Below, piece after piece: positions 40,676 through 48,621 of a DNA stretch of 64,000 bases (its first letter is position 1; every line of letters begins with the position of its first letter). Origin of the DNA: an uncultured Fidelibacterota bacterium (lineage in GTDB: Bacteria > Fidelibacterota > Marinisomatia > Marinisomatales > TCS55). The DNA lies in NCBI GenBank assembly GCA_902581045.1, contig CACHMU010000004.1, forward strand, positions 860 through 64,859, given 5' to 3'. A program made the translations under genes and the position numbers. A model generated the notes under the pieces. That model did no database searches and had not been told where the DNA came from. It was given only the letters and a program-made list of their open reading frames with translations.

Positions 40676-42763
40676 TTAAGAAATATTTGTTTCATGTAGT
40701 TTGTCTTGATATTCATTCATAAAATGCTTTCGAATCAATGAATTCTCAGATTTTTCCAGATTTAAATCTTCTTTAACTATATTAAAAGCAGCTGTTCTTG
40801 CTTCTCTCAAAATTGGACCGTCATTTATCATATCTGCGATTTTAAATTTTATAAAACCACTTTGTTTTATGCCAAAAAATTCTCCTGGACCTCGCATTTT
40901 CAAATCTTCATCTGAAATCACAAAACCATCATTAGTTGATTCCATGATTCTGAGTCGTTTTTTTGAATTTTCAGCAATGTTGCGACATACTAGGATACAA
41001 TAACTCTTATGAAGACCTCTCCCAACACGCCCTCTCAACTGATGCAATTGAGTTAATCCAAAACGCTCTGCATTTTCAATAATCATAACAGTCGCATTTG
41101 GAACATCTATCCCAACCTCAATTACAGTTGTAGATATTAAAATTTGTATTTTATTATTGATATATGCTTCCATTATTGAATCTTTTTCAGTCTTTTTCAT
41201 TCTTCCATGAATAAGTCCTACATTTAATTCTTTGAAAATTTTTTCAGATAAATACGTATGCATTTCGACTGCTGCTGCTAAATCAGACTTTTCTGTTTCC
41301 TCAACTAAAGGATAGATTACCATGCATTGTTTTCCTTCACTTACTTCATCTTTAATAAATGAATAAACTTTACTCAATCTCTGCTCATCTACAACTTTTG
41401 TAATTATTGGAATACGATTTTTTGGCATTTCATTAATAATTGAAACATCCATGTCTCCATGATATGTAATTGCCAAAGTTCTTGGTATCGGTGTTGCTGT
41501 CATTGATAAACAGTGCGGATTTGAACCCTTTGAAATAAGATTTCCTCTTTGTAAAACTCCAAATCGATGTTGTTCATCAAAAATTACTAAACCCAAATTT
41601 TTAAATTTTATATCTGGTTGAATAAGTGAATGTGTTCCAATTATAATATTTATTAAACCATTTTCTAGCCCTTCTAGAATGGATTTCCTCTCTTTCTTAG
41701 GTGTCCCACCAACTAATAGAGCACATGTAATTTGCACTTTGTCTAAAATCTTTTTAAAAGCAGAGAAATGTTGATTAGCTAAAATTTCAGTTGGTACCAT
41801 TATAGCGACTTGTGAATTATTAGTAACTGCAATAGCTGCTGCTAAAATAGCTACAATAGTTTTTCCTGAGCCTACATCTCCTTGCAAAAGACGATTCATT
41901 GAATATGATTGAGACATATCATCTTTAATTTCTTTTATAACTTTTTTTTGAGATCCTGTTAATTCAAAGTCAAGATTATCTGTAATAATTTTTATATAAG
42001 GACTAATTTTTTTAAAAGGCTTTGTTTTTATTTGTTTAATAGATGATTTTCTTAAGGCCATTAACATTTGTAAAAAAAAATGTTCATCAAATTTCAAACG
42101 ATAAATTGCTTTTTTAAGATTTTCTTGTGAATTAGCAAAGTGAATAGTTCTAATTGCTTCATCGAGTTTTATTAATCCATATTTTTTCCTAAAGTTATCT
42201 GAAAAATAATCTGGGATTTCTATTAATAAATCAAATATAGATTTGATTGAACGACGAATTCTTTGGTTATCAAGGCCTGATTCTTTCAATGCGGCTGTAA
42301 TAGAGTATATAGGTATAATTGAACCAGAATTTAAGGGGTCCTCATTTTCTTGTAGCTTGTCATATTCAGGATGAACAATTTGAAAGCCTTTATAAAAATC
42401 GATTTTTCCACTGACGGCCAAACGATCACCCACCTTAATTAATTTATTAATATAGCTTGCTCCATTAAACCAAGTAAGTCTAATTACTCCAGTACCATCT
42501 GATAAAATTGCTTGAAAATATTTTTTTTGTTTACCTTGACGAAGGTCTGAAGCCTCTACAGTACCAATTATTGTGGAATGAAAATTTTTTTCAAGTTTAG
42601 ATATGGGTGTTACTGTGGTCCGATCGAGGTGTTTTCGAGGAAAATAACTCAAAAGTTGCCCAACAGTATTAATTCCTAGGTTAGATAGAGCTTTGATACG
42701 AACCAAACCAAAACCCTTAACAGATTTAATTGAAGATATAAGAGTTAAAGCCTTTTCAGGCAA
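40676..42763 (-). CDS. recG: ATP-dependent DNA helicase RecG
   Basis: Wedge/OB N-terminal domain and SF2 helicase motifs (GDVGSGKT, FDEQHRFG, ...QLRGRVGRG). Confidence 0.9.
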   Translation of the reverse strand: MPEKALTLISSIKSVKGFGLVRIKALSNLGINTVGQLLSYFPRKHLDRTTVTPISKLEKNFHSTIIGTVEASDLRQGKQKKYFQAILSDGTGVIRLTWFNGASYINKLIKVGDRLAVSGKIDFYKGFQIVHPEYDKLQENEDPLNSGSIIPIYSITAALKESGLDNQRIRRSIKSIFDLLIEIPDYFSDNFRKKYGLIKLDEAIRTIHFANSQENLKKAIYRLKFDEHFFLQMLMALRKSSIKQIKTKPFKKISPYIKIITDNLDFELTGSQKKVIKEIKDDMSQSYSMNRLLQGDVGSGKTIVAILAAAIAVTNNSQVAIMVPTEILANQHFSAFKKILDKVQITCALLVGGTPKKERKSILEGLENGLINIIIGTHSLIQPDIKFKNLGLVIFDEQHRFGVLQRGNLISKGSNPHCLSMTATPIPRTLAITYHGDMDVSIINEMPKNRIPIITKVVDEQRLSKVYSFIKDEVSEGKQCMVIYPLVEETEKSDLAAAVEMHTYLSEKIFKELNVGLIHGRMKKTEKDSIMEAYINNKIQILISTTVIEVGIDVPNATVMIIENAERFGLTQLHQLRGRVGRGLHKSYCILVCRNIAENSKKRLRIMESTNDGFVISDEDLKMRGPGEFFGIKQSGFIKFKIADMINDGPILREARTAAFNIVKEDLNLEKSENSLIRKHFMNEYQDKLHETNIS

Positions 42764-42769
42764 AATAAA

Positions 42770-44101
42770 TTACTTCCATTCCTTTCGATATGTATAGGTA
42801 ATGGTTGAGCTTCCATCAGCTGGAATATTAATTGAAAAGTGTATAGTAGAAGCATCTTCTTTACGATAATTAGTTGAAGCATTTCGGATAACCCAATCTC
42901 CATAAATATGCTCAATTAAACGAACTTTAATGTTTTGAGGTAACGTATTCGTCACCGAAATACTTATTGAGCCTTCCTCACTTTTCTTTTGTCGATCATA
43001 ATTTACAACAGATCTTTTACCAATCACGTCAAATGCTCTTCCAGAAATAATTGTTGCAGTTGAACCTTTTGGAACCTGACGAATTTCATCTTCTCCAACA
43101 AATTCAACATTGCCGTTAGAAGTTGTCTGAAAAAGTTGGATTTTTCCTTGCGGTAATGGAACGCCTAAATTATTATTTTTTGAATTAGATATTTGATACT
43201 CAATTGCTAAAGGCTCCTCTTTTTGTGTTCTTTCATCATTTTCAAATAAATATGTCTTTTCAAAAGAAATTGTTTTAGATCTATAAAGACGCGTTGTAAT
43301 ACTTTCATTTGCTAAAAGATTAATATTTTCATTCAATTCATAAATGTGATAATCCCCTAACCTCTCATTTTTAAGGCCTTGCTCAGTTTGAGGAGCAGCT
43401 CTCATCATGATCGGGGGATTACTAATAGACCCATTTTGTTTTAATTTCCCTTCAACTAATTGAATAGCAACATTATTAAAATTCAAATTGCTATTATTTT
43501 TAATATAAGCTTCTGCCAATAATTCAGCTTGATTGCCAGTTTCATCTAAGATCAAACGATAAATTGCATCCCAATCAAATCCCTTTGAAAGATAAATTAG
43601 ATCTCCTTCAACCTGAATTGGTTGATCTTCATATGAAATATTCCAAGTAATTGATGGTTTATAAACAATATTTTCAATTAGCCCAGGTGCATTAATATAA
43701 TCTATCCTATCTCTATTAAATGAAATAATTGATCGTTTTCTCTGAAGAGTGATAGTCCTATCGGTTAATTCAATCAGCGAACCCGAGATTCCTTTTCCAT
43801 TAATTAACTCAACATCAATTGTTTTACCCAAATAATCATATAGACGGTTTGAGAACCGAAATACATCTTGATTCAATCGCTGCATTTTAACACTGGCATT
43901 TTTCAAAGAAAGGAATGGTGAATCTTTAACAATACCTCCAGGTAGCAAATCCCATGTAATGGTTTTTTGCTCTGATTCAAGTTCCCATAAAACAGGCTGC
44001 TTAATCAGTGCAATTTGATCTTTGTACATTGTTATAATAGCATCATTTGACTGCGCATTTAATAAATATATAAGAATTCCACTTATCAGTATTTTTTTCA
44101 T
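42770..44101 (-). CDS. DUF4139-like secreted protein
   Basis: Signal peptide and a DUF4139-style block (EGDLIYLSKGFDWDAIYRLILDE...AYIKNNSNLNFNNVAIQLVEGKL). It overlaps valS by 4 nt. Confidence 0.55.
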   Translation of the reverse strand: MKKILISGILIYLLNAQSNDAIITMYKDQIALIKQPVLWELESEQKTITWDLLPGGIVKDSPFLSLKNASVKMQRLNQDVFRFSNRLYDYLGKTIDVELINGKGISGSLIELTDRTITLQRKRSIISFNRDRIDYINAPGLIENIVYKPSITWNISYEDQPIQVEGDLIYLSKGFDWDAIYRLILDETGNQAELLAEAYIKNNSNLNFNNVAIQLVEGKLKQNGSISNPPIMMRAAPQTEQGLKNERLGDYHIYELNENINLLANESITTRLYRSKTISFEKTYLFENDERTQKEEPLAIEYQISNSKNNNLGVPLPQGKIQLFQTTSNGNVEFVGEDEIRQVPKGSTATIISGRAFDVIGKRSVVNYDRQKKSEEGSISISVTNTLPQNIKVRLIEHIYGDWVIRNASTNYRKEDASTIHFSINIPADGSSTITYTYRKEWK

Positions 44102-46734
44102 TTTAACATATCCAAGTTTGTTTTGATGAGCTCAAATTCCTCATTCATCTCATTAAGTTTTTTCTTTTCATTATCTACAACATTTTTTGGTGCTTTATTA
44201 ATAAAGCTTTCATTCGCCAATTTATTTTCAACTCCAAGCATATATGTTTTAAGGTCATTGGATCGTTTTGATAAACGATTAATTTCCTGCTCCAAATTTA
44301 TTAATCCTTTTAGTGGAACAAATAGCTCCATTTTTTTTACTATTGCAGTGGCTGACTGCTCTGGCTTTTCTAAATCCTTACCAATAGTGATTGTGCTAAT
44401 ATTGGCAAGTGCTTTAATAATTCTATCAAAAGATTCGATTTTTAACTTTTCTCCATTAACATTTCTAATGATTAAATCTGCTTGTTTACTATGAGGAACA
44501 TTCATACCGCTTCTAATCATTCGAACTGATGTCACAATTTCTTTTAAAATTGTAAATCCCTCAATAGCATCTTGATCTTTTTGAGAAGAATCTCCAACAA
44601 TCCATGACGATACAATAAGATCTTTATCTATATCCTCTTTAAAATAAGACCAAAGCTCTTCTGTAATAAATGGAGCAAATGGATGTAATAAGCGGAGTAT
44701 ACCTTTAATTATTTCAATTGATACTGCGGCCGCGATACTTGCTTCTTCAGGGTCTTCTCCATAGAAACGTGTCTTAGCAATCTCAATATACCAATCACAA
44801 AAATCACTCCAAGTAAATTCATAAAGCAATTTTGCTGCTTCATTAAAATGAAATCTTTCAAATTGCTGATTAACCTTAATTGCTGTTTGATTTAATTGAT
44901 TTAATATCCAACGCTCTGGTATCTCAAGTTCGACCTTTGATAAATCAATCTTTGAAACGATATCTATATCAGTATTCATCTGAACAAACCGAGAGGCATT
45001 CCAAAGTTTATTCATAAAATTTCTTCCTATTTCTAATCTAGAATCGGAAAATAAAACATCTAAACCCTGAGGCGCCATCATCATTACTCCAAACCTAACA
45101 GCATCAGTACCATATTCTTGGAATAATTCTATAGGATCAGGTGAATTACCTAATGACTTACTGAATTTTTTCCCAGTTTCATCCCTAAGGATTGATGTGA
45201 AATACACATTTTTAAATGGACTTTCTCCCATAAATAAATTTCCTGCCATAATCATTCGAGCAACCCAAAAGAAAATTATATCAGGTCCGGTTACCAAATC
45301 ATTTGTGGGATAAAAAGATTTTATACTTTTGTTTGAATCCGGCCAATCATGCACAGCAAATGGCCAAAGCCAGGAAGATGCCCATGTATCAAGTACATCT
45401 TCATCCTGAACCCAGTTTTCTGGATCTTTGGGACCATCAATAGAAACATGTATTTTATTAATATCCTCTTTATGATACCATACCGGAATTTGATGACCCC
45501 ACCATAACTGACGACTTATACACCAATCTCTTATGTTTTCAATCCAATGATTGAATGTCTTTTTCCAATGATCCGGGTAAAATTTTATCTCGCCTGAATT
45601 GACAGCCTTTAAAGCTGGCTTTGCCAACTCCTCCATTTTTAAGTACCATTGCTCAGATAAATAAAACTCAATAGGGACATTGCCTCTCTCAGAATAACCA
45701 ACGTTATGAATATAATCTTCAACTTTATGAAGTTTCTTATCAGAATCCATATCCATCAACACTGCTTTCCTGGCAGATTCTCGAGATAAGTCTTGATATT
45801 TTTTTGGTACTTGTGAATTCATTGAAGCATCTTTATTCATAATATTAATAAACTCAAGATCATGACGCTCACCTATCAAAAAATCATTGGGATCATGGGC
45901 CGGTGTAACTTTCACACAACCTGTTCCAAAATCAGGATCTACGAAATCATCCGCAATGACTGGTATTTCTCGACCGACTAGAGGAAGAATGACTGTTTTA
46001 CCTATAAATTTTTTATATCTATCATCTTTAGGGTTTACCGCCACTGCTGTATCTCCTAACATCGTCTCAGGTCTGGTGGTTGCTACTATTAGAAAATCTT
46101 CTGACTCTTTAATTGGATAGCTGAAATACCAAAGGTTCCCTTTTTTCTCTCTATGTATAACCTCTTCATCACTAATCGCAGATTTTGACAAAGGGCACCA
46201 GTTAACAAGGCGATTGCCTTTATATATCAACCCTCTTTCATACAATTCAATGAATGCCTTAAGTACAGAACGAGAATAATTTTCATCCATAGTAAAACGC
46301 TGCCTGTCCCAATCACATGAACAACCCAGTTTTTTTAATTGGTTTATAATTATATCGCCATATTTTTCTTTCCATTCCCATGAATGTTTCAGAAAGTCTT
46401 CTCTTGATAAACTATCCTTATCAATACCTTTATCTTTCAGATGCTTAACGACTTTAGATTCAGTGGCAATAGAGGCATGGTCAGTCCCTGGTATCCAACA
46501 AACATTCTTTCCCTCCATCCTCGCTTTGCGTATAAGGACATCTTGAATAGTATTATTTAGTACATGCCCCATTGTTAGCTTGCCCGTGATATTTGGGGGA
46601 GGAATTACAATAGAATAAGATTCTTTATTAGAATCAGTTTTTCCTTGAAAATATTTTTTATCCAACCAGTGCTGATACCAACGCTCTTCTAATTTGCTCC
46701 AGTTGTACGTTTTATCAAGTTGTGGCGTTGACAT
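44098..46734 (-). CDS. valS: Valine--tRNA ligase
   Basis: Class I aaRS with a HIGH-type motif (PPPNITGKLTMGHV), KMSKS-type KFSKSLGN, an editing domain and a C-terminal coiled coil. Confidence 0.95.
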   Translation of the reverse strand: MSTPQLDKTYNWSKLEERWYQHWLDKKYFQGKTDSNKESYSIVIPPPNITGKLTMGHVLNNTIQDVLIRKARMEGKNVCWIPGTDHASIATESKVVKHLKDKGIDKDSLSREDFLKHSWEWKEKYGDIIINQLKKLGCSCDWDRQRFTMDENYSRSVLKAFIELYERGLIYKGNRLVNWCPLSKSAISDEEVIHREKKGNLWYFSYPIKESEDFLIVATTRPETMLGDTAVAVNPKDDRYKKFIGKTVILPLVGREIPVIADDFVDPDFGTGCVKVTPAHDPNDFLIGERHDLEFINIMNKDASMNSQVPKKYQDLSRESARKAVLMDMDSDKKLHKVEDYIHNVGYSERGNVPIEFYLSEQWYLKMEELAKPALKAVNSGEIKFYPDHWKKTFNHWIENIRDWCISRQLWWGHQIPVWYHKEDINKIHVSIDGPKDPENWVQDEDVLDTWASSWLWPFAVHDWPDSNKSIKSFYPTNDLVTGPDIIFFWVARMIMAGNLFMGESPFKNVYFTSILRDETGKKFSKSLGNSPDPIELFQEYGTDAVRFGVMMMAPQGLDVLFSDSRLEIGRNFMNKLWNASRFVQMNTDIDIVSKIDLSKVELEIPERWILNQLNQTAIKVNQQFERFHFNEAAKLLYEFTWSDFCDWYIEIAKTRFYGEDPEEASIAAAVSIEIIKGILRLLHPFAPFITEELWSYFKEDIDKDLIVSSWIVGDSSQKDQDAIEGFTILKEIVTSVRMIRSGMNVPHSKQADLIIRNVNGEKLKIESFDRIIKALANISTITIGKDLEKPEQSATAIVKKMELFVPLKGLINLEQEINRLSKRSNDLKTYMLGVENKLANESFINKAPKNVVDNEKKKLNEMNEEFELIKTNLDMLK

Positions 46735-46765
46735 AAATTGAACTTAAAGAAAATACTATTTGATA

Positions 46766-47269
46766 TTACCGATCTAAAATTAGACTGAATGCTGTCGTCA
46801 ATTTGAGGACATTATCATTCGCCTTAACAAGATTTCCAGATATAACTCTACCTAAGTTTCGCATTATTTTGTACCCAATATCTGGATGTTTATCGCAAAT
46901 TTTAATCAGATCTGTTTTTGCTATTTTTACTAATTTACATTTTGTCTGGGCACGTACATTAGCTGTCCGGCGATCTCCTTCGCTAAACATACACATTTCT
47001 CCAAACTGCGGGTATGAATCACTTGAAAGAGAAACGATTGCCTTTTCTCTTTTATCGACTTCACTTTTATGAATAGAAAGGGTTAATACTTGATTAACTT
47101 GTGCCTCTCCTTTTAAAAGCAAATAAATACTATCTCCATGATCACCTTCATTTATGAAATTTTTTCCTTTTTCAACTTCAACAACTTCTAAGATATCATG
47201 AAATAAATTGATATTTTCATCACTTAGATCTTCAAAAATTTGAAATTTACTTAATTGTTCGTTATTCAT
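46766..47269 (-). CDS. Stand-alone cyclic-nucleotide-binding domain protein (167 aa)
   Basis: CNB beta-roll with phosphate-binding cassette FGEMCMF...RRTANVRA. Its GAGGAG ribosome-binding site (47273-47278) overlaps the upstream channel stop codon. Confidence 0.75.
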   Translation of the reverse strand: MNNEQLSKFQIFEDLSDENINLFHDILEVVEVEKGKNFINEGDHGDSIYLLLKGEAQVNQVLTLSIHKSEVDKREKAIVSLSSDSYPQFGEMCMFSEGDRRTANVRAQTKCKLVKIAKTDLIKICDKHPDIGYKIMRNLGRVISGNLVKANDNVLKLTTAFSLILDR

Positions 47270-47276
47270 AATCTCC

Positions 47277-48411
47277 TCAAGGAATTATAATTGCTTGTTC
47301 ACCATCTTGAATGATATAATCCCTTTCAGGATTAATATTTATATGTACTTTACTTTGATCTTCAAGTGAGATACCACCTTCTTTAAGTTTTCGTTCGATA
47401 AATGCATCAAGGGCTGATGCATCCGAAGATAAAACAGCTCCAATCCCTAGATTTTCATCTTCAGTACATATACCAATTAATACTGCGTTATCTTTTTCAT
47501 TAAAATAACCAAATAATTCATCATATTTATGACCAACATATTTTTCTGGGATTGCAACTCTTTTAATACGACCATTTGAATTACTATCCATTAATTGATT
47601 GACTGTTTGAGGAATTCCAGGCTCAATAACATGTGAAGCCAATAAATGCCCACTATAATCATCGCTTACCACAACCTCATCTGCTGCAGCTCGTTTAATA
47701 TGCGTTAGATTTTCACGGTGAAGAATATATGCGACCACTCTAATTGAAGAATCAATACTTTTAATTGTCAATGTAGCAAAAATAGTTTTTTCATCATGGG
47801 TCGCAATCTCTGCACTGGAGCCATTTGGAATAATAATGACAGTACTTGCGTTAGTTATACTAGCCTTATTCAATGTTTCTTCATTAGTAAAATCGCCAGC
47901 AACAAAGTGTATATTCATACTTTGGTATCTATTTTTTATCGATGTTACTTCTTCTACGGTTAGATCATTGACTAAAACCAAATCTTTTACGACATGATGT
48001 TTGTTAAGATTTTGTATTGAATCAATAACACTTTCGGCATTTGCATTCCAACCGCAAAGCACAAGATGATTAGCTAAGTTTAATTTTTCCAAACCTTTAC
48101 CCTCTCGAATTTTTTTGTGCAACAAAAATTGATGATATTGAAGCTGTAAGAAGGGATACCAGTGAAATACCAATAAACATAATAAATACCGCAAATAATC
48201 TACCTTCAGGCGTTTTTGGAGAAAAATCACCATAACCTACTGTAGTCATTGTTACAATCGCCCACCAAAAAGGGGTATTCCCCTCTGAAATTTCTCCTGG
48301 CTCAAGCCAACGCAAAATCAATCCTCCAAGAATCATTGTAACAATAATGCCAGCAATAACCTGGAAAAAAGGGTTTCGAATTAATGTTCTCAACCACAGA
48401 CTCATGCACAT
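47277..48411 (-). pseudogene. 2TM potassium channel with RCK (TrkA-N/TrkA-C) domains, reading frame broken at an A7 run
   Basis: - ORF 48097-48411 encodes TM1, pore helix, TVGYGD filter and TM2.
- ORF 47277-48233, in another frame, encodes the RCK part from ...KKIREGKGLEKLNLANHLVLCGWN onward.
- Removing one A from the A7 run (T7 on the plus strand, 48110-48116) joins them as ...SSIFVAQKIREGKGLEKL... Confidence 0.7.
48110..48116 (-). other. A7 homopolymer at the channel frameshift site
   Basis: The plus strand reads cgaa-ttttttt-gtgc. The two channel reading frames switch exactly here. Confidence 0.8.
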
Positions 48412-48542
48412 AATTTAGTTATTCTTGTGGAGAATCACTCAATATGAATTGAAAAAACAATAATTTATTATTTTTATAATTATTGTTGACTTATACCACT
48501 ACTTACGCTTAGTCTCCCAATAGGAGGGTATATCTAAACTTT

Positions 48543-48562
48543 ACAGTTATAAGCATAACTGT
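48543..48562 (+). promoter_or_regulatory. Perfect 8-bp inverted repeat (ACAGTTAT-AAGC-ATAACTGT) in the SusC-like gene leader; candidate operator or 5'-UTR hairpin
   Basis: Read directly from the sequence, about 60 nt upstream of ATG 48622. It is followed by a TGAATTAT direct repeat (48562-48569 and 48571-48578) and the AGGAGG site at 48612-48617. Confidence 0.3.
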
Positions 48563-48621
48563 GAATTATTTGAATTATACCCAACATGAGGGGGATTTAA
48601 CAATTAACCTTAGGAGGCTTA

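Noticed and set aside
48120-48233. N-terminal ~45 residues of track ORF 47277-48233 (MVIFLQKRLKVDYLRYLL...)
   Set aside because: This is an out-of-frame read-through of the channel pore region. Real RCK homology starts only after the A7 run, so it is treated as part of the frameshifted channel gene.
48586-48600. Four-codon upstream ORF ATG AGG GGG ATT TAA (MRGI) in the SusC leader
   Set aside because: It is too short, has no ribosome-binding site of its own, and is more simply explained as chance. The G-run may be part of an SD-like element.
48412-48621. Possible riboswitch (for example cobalamin or TPP) upstream of the TonB-dependent receptor
   Set aside because: I could not find a B12 box, a TPP-type CTGAGA...ACCTGA core or another conserved riboswitch core. 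The region is AT-rich with only short hairpins.
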